Shown: in pieces, positions 1 to 10,359 of the stretch
How positions within the stretch are numbered: position 1 is the stretch's first letter
Layout: the number at the start of each line of letters is the position of its first letter
From: Anaerolineales bacterium
GTDB lineage: Bacteria; Chloroflexota; Anaerolineae; Anaerolineales; UBA4823
DNA length: 64,000 nt
Reading direction: 5' to 3'
Assembly (NCBI GenBank): GCA_035286585.1
Contig: DATEDC010000099.1
Span: forward strand, 3,068-67,067
The notes under the pieces: generated by a model
Seen by the model: the letters and a program-made list of their open reading frames with translations, nothing else
What the model was told of the DNA's origin: nothing
Databases searched by the model: none
Translations under genes and position numbers: made by a program

Positions 1-145
1 TTGAGCTGGGCACTGATACGCTATCGCCTGCCGGTTGACGCCATCCTAGTGATCTTCGCCGGATTTGCTGTTGGATACATCTTTGCACGGAATGTGAGAC
101 TAGAACAACCTGGTAGGCTCCAAGCAAGCCTATAAACTGCGAACC

Positions 146-1381
146 GTGAATATCCTCTTCATCGTGCCTTACGTACCCAATCTGATTCGGGTGCGGTCAT
201 TCAACCTGATACGCCAGCTAGCCAAGCGCGGCAACAATCTCACCGTTTGCACACTGTGGACAGATGAGCATGAGCGGAGGGACGCCGATGATCTCGCCGA
301 ATACCCGGGCGTCGAGGTGGTTGCCCTGTATCAGTCGCGCTGGCAATCACTATGGAATTGTATTATCACGCTGCCTTCGACAACGCCCTTGCAGGCGGTT
401 TACTCCTGGCAGCCTGGGCTGGCTGCCAGGATCAGCGGCCTGTTAGGATCAAGCGACAGACCGCCTTTTGAGGTTGTCCATGTGGAACACCTGCGCGGGG
501 CGCGCTTTGGCGTCTATGTCAAGTCTCTTTTCCCGGAGATTCCGGTTGTCTGGGACAGCGTGGATTGCATCAGTTATCTTTTCGAACAGGCTGCCGGGTT
601 GAGTCGCAGCATATTTGGAAAGATGGTCACACGGCTGGACCTAAATCGGACGCGGCGCTATGAAGGTTGGCTGGCAAGCCGATTTAACCGCGCCATCATC
701 ACCTCTACAATGGATAAGCAGGCTTTGCTTGATCTTGTTCCCAATAATGTTCAGCCTGCTCCGATTGATATCCTCCCCAACGGAGTTGATTGGGAGTACT
801 TCGGAGAGAGCGAAGCGATGCCCCGTGATCCGGCCACAGTCGTTTTCAGCGGTAAGATGAGCTATCACGCCAATATCACCATGGTCACCTATCTTGTGAA
901 CGAGATCATGCCTTTGGTGTGGGGTGAAAGACCGAATGCAAAGTTGATTATTGTAGGCAAAGACCCCCCAAAGAATATTCTGGCCCTGGCACAAAATCCT
1001 GCCATTACAGTAACCGGCACAGTTCCAGACTTGCGCCCATACTTGAGCAAGGCCACCCTGGCGGTGGTCCCTCTGGTTTATGGGGCTGGCTCACAATTAA
1101 AGCTCTTGGAAGCGATGGCTTGTGGAACACCTGTGGTTGCTTCACCGCGTGCGATCATGGCTCTGAGAGCAGAACCAGGCAAAGATCTGCTGGTTGCTCA
1201 CACCCCTGCCGAGTTCGCGGCAAAGATTCTGGAGCTTTTCGATCACCCAGAGATGGCTAACCAGATAGGCCTGAGTGGTAGGCAATATATACGAGATCAC
1301 CATCGTTGGGCAGCAATCACCGAGCGTCTGGAGAGGGTCTATCAAGCCGCAGCTCAAACCCCGGGCAACGAGAAAAACTAG
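146..1381 (+). CDS. Glycosyltransferase, GT-B fold (family 4-like)
   Basis: 411-aa ORF. The C-terminal half has the GT4-type nucleotide-sugar binding region (VVPLVYGAGSQLKLLEAMACGTPVVAS). It is the first gene of a same-strand polysaccharide locus. GTG start taken from the ORF track. Confidence 0.8.
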   Translation: MNILFIVPYVPNLIRVRSFNLIRQLAKRGNNLTVCTLWTDEHERRDADDLAEYPGVEVVALYQSRWQSLWNCIITLPSTTPLQAVYSWQPGLAARISGLLGSSDRPPFEVVHVEHLRGARFGVYVKSLFPEIPVVWDSVDCISYLFEQAAGLSRSIFGKMVTRLDLNRTRRYEGWLASRFNRAIITSTMDKQALLDLVPNNVQPAPIDILPNGVDWEYFGESEAMPRDPATVVFSGKMSYHANITMVTYLVNEIMPLVWGERPNAKLIIVGKDPPKNILALAQNPAITVTGTVPDLRPYLSKATLAVVPLVYGAGSQLKLLEAMACGTPVVASPRAIMALRAEPGKDLLVAHTPAEFAAKILELFDHPEMANQIGLSGRQYIRDHHRWAAITERLERVYQAAAQTPGNEKN

Positions 1382-1617
1382 CCCAACCCTCGAAATCCGC
1401 TCCTTTTACGAAGGGGGAAAAACATTGCCTACTCTACAATCATTAGATCCCTTGAAGGTATTTTCAGCCAACAAGTTATGCTCTTGCGGTGTAACGATTG
1501 AAGATCGTTAAACGTTATCCTTAATTGGGCGCTTGTGTAGACGTTTTTTATAAAATAATAATTTCGATTATCAACAGCCCGTGGTCTGTGACGTGCTGAC
1601 CTTATTACCTTAATTCG

Positions 1618-3180
1618 ATGACCACCACGTCAAAATTGCAGTTGCGGATCGAATGGAGGGGATCTATCGTGAAGTCAACCGCGACAAGTTATGGGTATAT
1701 CGTTCCCGAGAGGGTCGAGAAACCAATCAAACCAGCGGTTATGGGTTTTTTACGCTGGCTGATCTGGTTCGAATATATTGTTGCCTTATTGATCAACGAT
1801 GCTTTAATGACATTGCTGGCATTTCGGGTCGCTTATTTGATCCGCTTTGAGTGGACCATCCCGGTTTTTCGTCTGGAAGCGATGTCCTCCCAGCCGTATT
1901 ACAGCAGCCTGTCTATCATTCTCGTGCCGATCTGGCTGATGATATTCGCTGCATTTGGATTGTATCGGCGCCAGAATCTGCTGGGCGGCACGGAGGAGTA
2001 TGCCCTGGTAGCGCGAGGAACTACCATTGGCATGCTGGTGCTGATCATATTTGGTTTCCTGGAACCGGAATTTCTCATTGCCCGTGCGTGGTTATTGATG
2101 GCCTGGGGTCTCTCCTTCATTTTCACTGCCATTGGTCGATTTATACTGCGCCGTGTGATTTACTTGTTGCGCCGACGCGGCTTTTTTGTATCCCTCGCGT
2201 TGATCGTCGGAGCGAACGATGAAGGCATCTCGCTGGCCCGGCAACTGCGTAACTGGCGGACTTCAGGTCTGGAGGTGATTGGATTTGTAGATAAAAAACT
2301 CAAACCCGGGACGGTGCTCTTTGAGGACATATGCGTACTTGGCAGCACCTCCCATCTTGATGAGATCATCCGAGATTATGGAGTGGAAGAACTGATATTG
2401 GCCTCGAGCGCCATCTCGTCTCACGACAAAATGCTGGAGATTTTTCAGCGATACGGCGTGGATAGTAGAGTCAATGTACGTATGTCTTCCGGCCTGTACG
2501 AGATTATCACCACTGGGCTGACGGTAAGGGAATTCGCCTACGTCCCGCTGGTGGGGATTAACAAAGTTCGCCTGACCGGGATGAATCGCTTGATAAAGTA
2601 TCTTTTCGATTATAGTGTGGCATCGCTTGGGATCATTGTGGCATCCCCTTTCATGCTGATGATCGCGATCGCGATCAAGCTGGATTCGCCAGGACCGGTT
2701 ATCCACCGGCGCAGGGTGATGGGGGTAAATGGGCGTCAATTTGACGCTTTCAAATTCAGGACGATGCATAAGAACGGACGAGATATTCTTGATCAGCACC
2801 CAGAGCTGCAAACGGAGCTGGCCGAAAAACATAAGATCAAGCGCGACCCGCGGGTTACACGGGTTGGGCGCGTGCTACGCCGCTTGAGCCTGGACGAACT
2901 GCCTCAAGCGTTCAATGTGCTCAAGGGGGATATGTCACTGGTCGGCCCGCGCATGATCTCCCCCGACGAGATCGAGAAATATGAGAAATGGGACATCAAC
3001 CTGTTAACCGTCAGACCAGGTCTCACTGGTTTGTGGCAGGTGAGCGGGCGCTCGGATATTTCATACAAGGATAGGGTCAGTCTGGATATGCACTACATCC
3101 GCAACTATAGCATCTGGTTGGATCTGCAAATATTGTGGCGAACACTACCCGCGGTGATTCAAGGTAGGGGGGCTTATTAG
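1618..3180 (+). CDS. Polyprenyl-phosphate glycosylphosphotransferase (bacterial sugar transferase, WbaP/EpsB-like priming enzyme)
   Basis: 520 aa with N-terminal TM helices and a central Rossmann-like region. The C-terminal bacterial sugar transferase signature is present (DELPQAFNVLKGDMSLVGPR ... RPGLTGLWQVSGRSD). Confidence 0.85.
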   Translation: MTTTSKLQLRIEWRGSIVKSTATSYGYIVPERVEKPIKPAVMGFLRWLIWFEYIVALLINDALMTLLAFRVAYLIRFEWTIPVFRLEAMSSQPYYSSLSIILVPIWLMIFAAFGLYRRQNLLGGTEEYALVARGTTIGMLVLIIFGFLEPEFLIARAWLLMAWGLSFIFTAIGRFILRRVIYLLRRRGFFVSLALIVGANDEGISLARQLRNWRTSGLEVIGFVDKKLKPGTVLFEDICVLGSTSHLDEIIRDYGVEELILASSAISSHDKMLEIFQRYGVDSRVNVRMSSGLYEIITTGLTVREFAYVPLVGINKVRLTGMNRLIKYLFDYSVASLGIIVASPFMLMIAIAIKLDSPGPVIHRRRVMGVNGRQFDAFKFRTMHKNGRDILDQHPELQTELAEKHKIKRDPRVTRVGRVLRRLSLDELPQAFNVLKGDMSLVGPRMISPDEIEKYEKWDINLLTVRPGLTGLWQVSGRSDISYKDRVSLDMHYIRNYSIWLDLQILWRTLPAVIQGRGAY

Positions 3181-3181
3181 G

Positions 3182-4159
3182 ATGATCATTGTTCAGACCC
3201 CCTTACGGGTAAGTTTCTTTGGCGGTGGCACCGACCTTCCCTCCTATTATCTTGAAGAGGGCGGCTGCGCATTAAGCTCGACCATCGATAAATATGTATT
3301 TATTACGATCAAACACCGTTTCGATAAACTGCTGCGCGTGGGCTGGACGCGGGCAGAGATGGTAGAGTGCGTCGATCAGATTCAACACGAATTGATTCGG
3401 GAGGCCTTCCGGATAACAGGTATACATGAAGGAGTTGAGATCACCACTATGGGAGATATTCCCTCCGCGGGAACTGGCCTGGGGTCATCATCAACGGTCA
3501 CAGTAGGGTCTTTGCATGCCATGTATACATTATTAGGGGAAATCGTGACGGCTGAGCGCCTGGCGCAAGAGGCTTGCAAGATCGAGATTGACATTCTGGG
3601 CAAGCCAATTGGCATACAAGATCAATATATTGTCGCCTATGGCGGTCTTCGGTTTATGGAATTTTACCCGGATGGCAGGGTGAGTTTGCAACGGATTATA
3701 TTGAATGAAGACTCAAGGCGGAAACTCAACGAAAACCTGCTCCTTTTTTACACCGGTATCAGCCGAAGTTCTGACCGCATACTGGTGGACCAGCAACGCA
3801 ACATCAAGAGCAGCTTCGCCGTACTGCGGGAAATGAAAAAGCTGGCATATGTCGCCCGCGAGTCTCTGGATTGTTGTGACATCGATATGATCGGTGAATA
3901 TCTCCATGAAGGCTGGCAGCTCAAAAAGCGCCTATCTGGTTTAATAAGCAATGGCGCCCTGGACGATATATACGCGGCTGCCCGCAAATCGGGAGCGACA
4001 GGCGGCAAGATCACCGGTGCAGGCGGCGGAGGATTTTTATTGCTTTATGTGCCACACGAGCGCCAGGCTGCTGTTCGGGAAGCTCTGCAAGGGCTGCAAG
4101 AGCTGCCATTCCAGCTTGAACCAGATGGCAGCAAGGTAATTTTCAATTACAAACGCTAA
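3182..4159 (+). CDS. GHMP-family sugar kinase, D-glycero-D-manno-heptose 7-phosphate kinase-like (HddA-like)
   Basis: N-terminus MIIVQTPLRVSFFGGGTDLPSYY and GHMP motif PSAGTGLGSSSTVTVG. It starts 2 nt after the previous stop and is followed by a GmhA-like SIS gene. Confidence 0.7.
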   Translation: MIIVQTPLRVSFFGGGTDLPSYYLEEGGCALSSTIDKYVFITIKHRFDKLLRVGWTRAEMVECVDQIQHELIREAFRITGIHEGVEITTMGDIPSAGTGLGSSSTVTVGSLHAMYTLLGEIVTAERLAQEACKIEIDILGKPIGIQDQYIVAYGGLRFMEFYPDGRVSLQRIILNEDSRRKLNENLLLFYTGISRSSDRILVDQQRNIKSSFAVLREMKKLAYVARESLDCCDIDMIGEYLHEGWQLKKRLSGLISNGALDDIYAAARKSGATGGKITGAGGGGFLLLYVPHERQAAVREALQGLQELPFQLEPDGSKVIFNYKR

Positions 4160-4188
4160 ATAGAGGTTGATTTATCCCTGGGGTTATC

Positions 4189-5352
4189 ATGGACCATATT
4201 AGTCGTTACGTAAACAGTCTAAAGCATACACTCGATCAGTTGCCGATGACCGAGATAGATAAGGTGATTGCAATATTACACGAGGCGCGTCTTTCCGGCA
4301 GGCAAATATTTATCATGGGAAATGGCGGCAGCGCCTCCACGGCCTCGCATTTCGTTTGTGACCTGGCAAAAAATACACGCAGACAGGGCTGGCCTAATTT
4401 TAAAGTGATTGGTTTGGCGGATAACATGTCGATATTTTCGGCTTACGCGAATGATGAGGGCTATGCAAGCGTGTTTGCCAATCAACTCGACAGCCTGGCG
4501 CATACGGGTGACGTGGTCATTGGCATCTCGACCAGTGGTAATTCACCCAATGTGATCAATGCGATCGAGCTGGCTAACCAGCGCGGGGCTACAACGATCG
4601 GCTTCACGGGATTTAATGGCGGTCGCCTGGGGTCAATGGTAGATATTGAAATCAGGGTTGCCAGCCAAAGCATCGAGCAAGTCGAAGACATTCACCTGAT
4701 ATTAGAACATTTGATAACAAAGGCGCTCAGAGAGGAAGTACAGGAGGCGGTCACAGCCAGCGAGCTGGGATTGCTGCTTGGCGTATCGGAGCAGGCCGTT
4801 GAATCTTCTGGCGCAACTGAACCCGAGAAAAGCCGCCAGATCTCCGCACAGGTAATTCGCTCGCCTGAGAATCTGGAATTGTTCTCCATGATCAGCCGCG
4901 AGCTGGCACTGGAATTAAATTTACGAGATATGCTCCGCCAGGTGCTGCAGATCACGCTATCCAACCTCAAAGCGATCAGCGGCAGCATCGTCGTTTTGGA
5001 TGAAAATTACCGGGTTGTTGAGGGTGTTTTGGCGTATAATGGAAATGTACAGGTAATACCACCCCAGCAATTTGCTGACATTGTCGAACGGGGCCTGGCT
5101 GGCTGGGTGGTAGCTAATCGTGAATCAGCCCTAATTGCGGATACCCGTAATGACCCTCGCTGGCTACCACGAGCATGGGAACAGCAAAATGGCGGATCCC
5201 GCTCCGTGATAAGTGTTCCTTTATTCTCTAGTGATCGGGTTGTTGGAGTATTCACATTGGTCAACCCTGCTGATTCAAGATTCACAGATAATGATCTCTC
5301 TCTCCTGACCGCGGTGGCTGTGGTCATGTCAATGGTGGATTTTGTGGTTTGA
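4189..5352 (+). CDS. SIS-domain phosphoheptose isomerase-like protein (GmhA-like) fused to a C-terminal GAF domain
   Basis: Residues ~1-190 form a SIS/GmhA-type domain ([47 protein letters not shown]). Residues ~230-387 have a GAF pattern ([10 protein letters not shown]..., [11 protein letters not shown]..., [29 protein letters not shown]). Confidence 0.75.
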   Translation: MDHISRYVNSLKHTLDQLPMTEIDKVIAILHEARLSGRQIFIMGNGGSASTASHFVCDLAKNTRRQGWPNFKVIGLADNMSIFSAYANDEGYASVFANQLDSLAHTGDVVIGISTSGNSPNVINAIELANQRGATTIGFTGFNGGRLGSMVDIEIRVASQSIEQVEDIHLILEHLITKALREEVQEAVTASELGLLLGVSEQAVESSGATEPEKSRQISAQVIRSPENLELFSMISRELALELNLRDMLRQVLQITLSNLKAISGSIVVLDENYRVVEGVLAYNGNVQVIPPQQFADIVERGLAGWVVANRESALIADTRNDPRWLPRAWEQQNGGSRSVISVPLFSSDRVVGVFTLVNPADSRFTDNDLSLLTAVAVVMSMVDFVV

Positions 5353-5370
5353 TTGAGGTTATAAAAACCG

Positions 5371-7029
5371 ATGGAATTAAAAGTTTACCTACGTCCGGTC
5401 TTAAAATGGTGGTGGTTGTTAGCGCTGGCTACATTGCTAGCGGCTTCCGCCAGTTATTTGGTCGCACGCCGACAACCACCTGTGTATCAGTCGCGCACCA
5501 CTCTTGTCGCGGGAAGCGCAATTTTCGCTTCTAACCCAAACAGTGGAGAGCTCTTTCTAAATCAGCAGTTGGCTTCTTTTTATGCAGAACTGGCTTTGCG
5601 CGATCCGGTTCGCAATGCTACCATCGATGCTTTAGGGCTGTCGTTTTTGCCTCCATATACCGCGCGACCGCTGCCTAACAGCCAGTTTATCGAGATTGTA
5701 GTGACGGACACCAACCCACAGCGAGCCCAGGCTGTCGCCAGAGAATTAGCCGATCAACTCATCAAGCAAACTCCTGCCAACGATGATGACGATCAGGAAC
5801 GCCAGTCATTTATTGAAAGCCAACTCAGAACGCTCGAAGCTCGCATCACAGAGATTCAATCCGAGCTGATTGAAAAACAGAAGGAGCTTGCAACCCTCAC
5901 CAGCGCCAGGGAGATCTCGGTAACAGAAAATGAAATTGCGTCCTTAGAAAGGAGCTTATCTGATTACCGGTCCGATTATTCATCCCTGTTGGATAATTCG
6001 ACCCGCGGCGCGGTGAACACGCTATCTATTCTGGAATCGGCAAACCTGCCCCGCCAGCCAGTCGGCCCAAGTTCGATGACAATGGTCATCCTTTCCGCCG
6101 CGGTCGCCTTCTCTATCGCTGCTGCTGCGGCTTATATCCTGGAATACCTGGATGACACCTTGAAACTGCCAGAGGATATCACACGCCTGGTCGACCTACC
6201 CGTCATTGGTTATATCTCGGATGTTGAAAAAGAGGATTACCTTGGAGCCTATGTGACCAAACATCCCCGCTCTGCCGTTGCGGAGGCTTTCCGCGCCTTG
6301 CGCACAGATCTTGAATTCTCAGGCGTGGATGAACCGTTGGGGACTCTATTGGTTACCAGTCCGGACATGGCAGCCGGCAAAACCTCCATCGCTATCAACC
6401 TGGCGGTTGTCCTTGCCCAGTCAGGGAAACGGGTGGTGCTGATTGATGGTGATTTGCGCAAACCCAGTATACATCGCAGTTTAGGACTCTCAAATCATCG
6501 TGGTTTGGCTGATGTCTTCCGCGGTAATTTGGACGTTCACCATGTCATCACGAACTGGAAAGATGGCAACTTGTCGATCCTGACAAGCGGCGGGCAACCG
6601 CCTAACCCAACCGAACTGCTTGGCTCGAAGAAAATGGATCAGATCCTGGAATCCGTCAAAGAGCAGGCGGATATTGTTGTCATCGATGGGCCGCCCTTCG
6701 TAGTCTCAGATGCCACGATCCTCGCCACCAAAGTTGATGGCGTGTTGCTGGTTTATCGTTACGGGCATACCCGCAGGAATGTAGCCATCAACACAGCCAA
6801 GCAATTACGCCGGGTGGGCGCGCGCACCCTCGGTGTGGTGCTAAACCGCATTCCGCGCGCACGTGAGGAACTGTTTGGCATGTACAATTATTACTACCGT
6901 GAGTATTACACGCAAGAGGGAGAAGAAATTGCTGCTCCCGTAAATGGGCGTTCCTGGTTGTCCAGGATCATCCGACGCAAACCCGGGCAAATGCCTGAAC
7001 GTCCCAAAGCAAAAGATGCGGTCGAATGA
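5371..7029 (+). CDS. Polysaccharide co-polymerase / bacterial tyrosine autokinase (Wzz domain + CpsD/CapB-type P-loop kinase)
   Basis: Two TM segments flank a coiled-coil periplasmic-type region. Walker A is SPDMAAGKTS with LIDGDLRKPS, and there is a C-terminal Tyr cluster (MYNYYYREYY). Confidence 0.85.
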   Translation: MELKVYLRPVLKWWWLLALATLLAASASYLVARRQPPVYQSRTTLVAGSAIFASNPNSGELFLNQQLASFYAELALRDPVRNATIDALGLSFLPPYTARPLPNSQFIEIVVTDTNPQRAQAVARELADQLIKQTPANDDDDQERQSFIESQLRTLEARITEIQSELIEKQKELATLTSAREISVTENEIASLERSLSDYRSDYSSLLDNSTRGAVNTLSILESANLPRQPVGPSSMTMVILSAAVAFSIAAAAAYILEYLDDTLKLPEDITRLVDLPVIGYISDVEKEDYLGAYVTKHPRSAVAEAFRALRTDLEFSGVDEPLGTLLVTSPDMAAGKTSIAINLAVVLAQSGKRVVLIDGDLRKPSIHRSLGLSNHRGLADVFRGNLDVHHVITNWKDGNLSILTSGGQPPNPTELLGSKKMDQILESVKEQADIVVIDGPPFVVSDATILATKVDGVLLVYRYGHTRRNVAINTAKQLRRVGARTLGVVLNRIPRAREELFGMYNYYYREYYTQEGEEIAAPVNGRSWLSRIIRRKPGQMPERPKAKDAVE

Positions 7030-7068
7030 AGCTAGAGTTGATTTCGATCTCCCTCTGTTTTTAATAGG

Positions 7069-7097
7069 CCGCCCCTCCCAAGGGGCGGTTATTTTTG
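7069..7097 (+). terminator. Intrinsic terminator after the BY-kinase gene
   Basis: 7-bp GC stem (CCGCCCC 7069-75 / GGGGCGG 7082-88) with a 6-nt loop, followed by TTATTTTT. Confidence 0.6.
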
Positions 7098-7267
7098 CTT
7101 TATATCTCTTAACCTGATGTTCTATTGCGCTTAACCCTTCCCTGGTTGTGTGCGGGAACCCGACTGGTATGATATTTGCATTGAATCCAGTTCGAACCTC
7201 GTTTTTCGGGAGATATTCGAAACATGGATAATGCGCTGAAGTTCCTCTCTGCGTGGGAGGGGTGGTG

Positions 7268-8743
7268 ATGATAATGCCTGGATTTTCGGGCTTGATACGA
7301 CAATGGCTGGCTGGCATGTTGGTTGTAATCTTTGTGAGTCCTGGGTTTGGAGCGTCGTTCAACCTGGCTCGAGCTGAAGGATCGGAACAGACTTTTACGA
7401 GGGACCAGCCAGCAGCGGATACGTTCACAGTTGCCATACCTCTGGTGTATAAATCTCCACTTTTACCCAGTGCGCCGCGAGTAAATGCGCCATATTTCAA
7501 TCAAAATATCTTATTTGGGCGTACAGCGGTGTTTTGGTTTGGACAGGTTGGGGTAACACACAATTACGCCGATGTGCGCGTTGGCTACAACTCCAGCGAG
7601 CTGTTCATCCATCTGAATGTGTTCGACCGCCTGGTCTGGTTCGATGAGTCTCCCTCGCTGGAAGATTTAACCGCCTGGGATGGAGCGAGCTTGTTTTTGA
7701 ATATATCTGGAAATACTGGCAACTCACCTGCTGCGAGCTCATACCGCTTCGATGGCCAGGTGCGCTGGTGGCTCGATCCGAGGCTATATCAGTCAAGTTA
7801 CCAGGGGAATGGTGCGGACTGGCAAGCTGTCAGCGTGCCTCTTACTGTTGAGGGCGGTTGGGTGAGCGAAACATTGCCGAACAACACTACTGACGATGTC
7901 GGTTGGTCGCTTGTTTTCCATATACCCTTCACCAGCCTGGGTCTGACAGGGCCACCTGCAAGCGGCTCGATATGGGGACTGGGATTGACGCTGCACGATC
8001 GGGACGATGCAGTCGGCTCATCTATCCCAGATCAGCTTTGGCCGACCGGGATGCAACCTCAATCACCAGTTACCTGGGGGCAAATCCATTATGGGCTGCC
8101 TGGTTTCAGCCCGCCAGACATATCCCCGGCGGGCACAACCACTGTGCGCCATTTGCTGGATGGGGCCACAGTGAGGGACAGTATGGTAGGTGGAGGGTTC
8201 AACTGCGGCGGTTCGCTTAACCGCTGGACGCAATGGGGATTCACGAATTATGCCCATACCACCCAACTGAATGTTCAAAACCAGGCGCAGCTTGGCGATT
8301 GGCCGTGTTTCTCGAAAATCTATCTGACCTTTCCGCTGAGTTCAATCCCGCAGGGGAAAACGATCATCTCTGCCACTCTAACCCTGTACCAATTAGGAAA
8401 TTCCAATCCATCCGAGGCGAACTCCTCATTGATTCAGATGCTCATGATTGCCTCAGACTGGGACGAATCTACTCTGAACTGGAACAACGCCCCCCTGGCC
8501 TGGGAGAATGTCAGCCAGGCATGGGTTGAAGCGCTGCCCGGATACCCGGGCTATCCGGGTGTCCCCCGCCAGTGGGATCTCAGCCGGGCGGTTGCTCAGG
8601 CATACTCATCCGGAGCGCCGCTGCGCCTGGCGATGTATTCTGCCGATTTTCCGATGCACAGCGGCAAGTATTTTTATTCGTCTGACATGGATGATTACGC
8701 TGCCATCACCCGACCCACCCTTACCGTGATCTGGGGCGATTGA
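7268..8743 (+). CDS. Secreted protein with an N-terminal carbohydrate-binding (CBM9/DOMON-like) region and a C-terminal DNRLRE-like domain
   Basis: Signal-peptide-like N-terminus (MIMPGFSGLIRQWLAGMLVVIFVSPGFGASFNLARA). C-terminal motif SDWDESTLNWNNAPLAWENV is typical of DNRLRE domains. The ATG at 7268 is preferred over the GTG at 7253 because GGGAGGGG lies just upstream. Confidence 0.5.
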   Translation: MIMPGFSGLIRQWLAGMLVVIFVSPGFGASFNLARAEGSEQTFTRDQPAADTFTVAIPLVYKSPLLPSAPRVNAPYFNQNILFGRTAVFWFGQVGVTHNYADVRVGYNSSELFIHLNVFDRLVWFDESPSLEDLTAWDGASLFLNISGNTGNSPAASSYRFDGQVRWWLDPRLYQSSYQGNGADWQAVSVPLTVEGGWVSETLPNNTTDDVGWSLVFHIPFTSLGLTGPPASGSIWGLGLTLHDRDDAVGSSIPDQLWPTGMQPQSPVTWGQIHYGLPGFSPPDISPAGTTTVRHLLDGATVRDSMVGGGFNCGGSLNRWTQWGFTNYAHTTQLNVQNQAQLGDWPCFSKIYLTFPLSSIPQGKTIISATLTLYQLGNSNPSEANSSLIQMLMIASDWDESTLNWNNAPLAWENVSQAWVEALPGYPGYPGVPRQWDLSRAVAQAYSSGAPLRLAMYSADFPMHSGKYFYSSDMDDYAAITRPTLTVIWGD

Positions 8744-8867
8744 GGGCAAAACATCTTATGGCATTGCCTGCAAAACGACAACTTGCGTATTTTTTGATGG
8801 GTGGTAACGGTTTCAGGAAGGGAGGTAGAACGAGATACCAGTAAAACATAAAGAGCAGTTGTTTGGT

Positions 8868-10211
8868 CTAAGGTGTGACGACCAGGGGTTGCATGGCGCT
8901 GAAAACGGTGAGTAAATATCCACTTAACGGTTTTTGAGCGCCGACGCCCCACCAAAAATCTCCACTCTGGATGCGCACGCCATCAGACAAAACCCCATCG
9001 AACGGTATGGAAGTGAAACTGGTGAACCCGGATACCCAAACGGAGAACTGGCGGTCGCCACGGGTAAGGTTGATCCAATAAAATGTGGCCAGAGGATATT
9101 GACGCCACTCGAACCACAGCGGAGAGGTGGTGGATATTGACCCTGCAGAAACAGCAGCATTTGGAGGCGGGCTAACTTGCTCGAAACCTAATGGGGCGAT
9201 CTCCAGGTCAGGTAAATTTTCAAGCTCGCCATTCGCCATCAGTATCGGCTCCAACCACGCCCAACTGACCACCTGCCCAATCAGGTATTGGGGATTAAGC
9301 TCTTGCGAGAATACCAAGGTGTAACTCTGGTCGGAAACTACCACGTTGTTGAATGTAAACCTGCCGCTCTGGTTAGTCGTACTCACCATCAAGGGGTTGT
9401 TATATTGATCTTCGAGCAAGATGGCGACACCAGCCTGAACGGGAACCCCGTTGTAAGTCAGTCGCCCGCTTATGCTACCGGTAGTAAGCGTGGCGGAAGG
9501 GGTCAGGTTGGATCGGACCCGCACCATCACAGTCAGCAAGTCATCTGCCCTGGCGACGATGTCCACTCTTTGCCCCTGTGGGTTCACGAATGTCCAAACG
9601 CCCAAATGGTCTCCAATGATCTCAGGCGCCAGCATGGGAACGTTGAGCTCGACAACTTCGCCGGGAGAAACACTTGCTCCTATTTCGATCCTTACAGGGC
9701 TGGCATACACCTCGCCCGAGATCCAGGTTATGGCGTAATTACTCGCCCAGGTGCAGGAGCCGACGTTGCGCAGCCTCCAAAAATGGGCAAATGGTTCGCC
9801 AGGCAAGCGAGTGCTTATCTGGGCAGGCAGCAAATCCTGGGCAAGATCGCAAGGAGCAGGCGCGATGGTCGGAGTCGATGTAGCGGTATCCAAGCCCGGG
9901 GTGGGAGAAGCAGAAGGCTCAATGGACTGGGAGGGGGTAGAAGCAAGCTGGGTGAATTCGGGAGATGCTTGTGGAGTTGTCCCGACAATATTTGTGGTAG
10001 GAAACGCTTGTGGAGCTGCTGTCCGAGCAGTTGGCGAGACGAAGGCTGCCTTGGTTACTGTCGGCGATAATTGTGCCCCGGAGGGTGTTCGCACGGGTTG
10101 AATTCGACAGCCGACAATGATCAGACCGCAGATCAGGATGAAAACATGCGCCCATTTAGCGGGCGCTGCCCCGGCTTCCAGCCCGGTTCTTAACCCATGC
10201 TTGGAGGTCAT
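8868..10211 (-). CDS. Secreted/lipoprotein-like hypothetical protein (Pro/Thr/Ser-rich linker, NBR1-FW-like and carboxypeptidase-regulatory-like beta-sandwich regions)
   Basis: N-terminal hydrophobic segment with Cys (FILICGLIIVGC) and a PT-rich linker. It also has an HFWRLRNVGSCTW-type motif. The ATG at 10211 has AGGTGA upstream; the ORF track start is the GTG at 10220. Confidence 0.4.
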   Translation of the reverse strand: MTSKHGLRTGLEAGAAPAKWAHVFILICGLIIVGCRIQPVRTPSGAQLSPTVTKAAFVSPTARTAAPQAFPTTNIVGTTPQASPEFTQLASTPSQSIEPSASPTPGLDTATSTPTIAPAPCDLAQDLLPAQISTRLPGEPFAHFWRLRNVGSCTWASNYAITWISGEVYASPVRIEIGASVSPGEVVELNVPMLAPEIIGDHLGVWTFVNPQGQRVDIVARADDLLTVMVRVRSNLTPSATLTTGSISGRLTYNGVPVQAGVAILLEDQYNNPLMVSTTNQSGRFTFNNVVVSDQSYTLVFSQELNPQYLIGQVVSWAWLEPILMANGELENLPDLEIAPLGFEQVSPPPNAAVSAGSISTTSPLWFEWRQYPLATFYWINLTRGDRQFSVWVSGFTSFTSIPFDGVLSDGVRIQSGDFWWGVGAQKPLSGYLLTVFSAMQPLVVTP

Positions 10212-10359
10212 AGCCTTCACCTCATACTTGCTACCCTCTAGAGTAACTACAGAGAGTTAAGAAAAACGTTTGGCGTTGCAGGTTGAATTTATTATATAAT
10301 CAATTTTATCTTGAGTAGTCATTCACAGGTACTAATTTTTATGGGAGGTAAATTGAGCT

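Noticed and set aside
6841-7500. 219-aa minus-strand ORF
   Set aside because: It runs antisense across the end of the BY-kinase gene, its terminator and the start of the next gene. It has no coding features.
9288-10070. 260-aa plus-strand ORF
   Set aside because: It is antisense to the 8868..10211 secreted protein gene, and its translation is Gly/Arg-rich shadow sequence.
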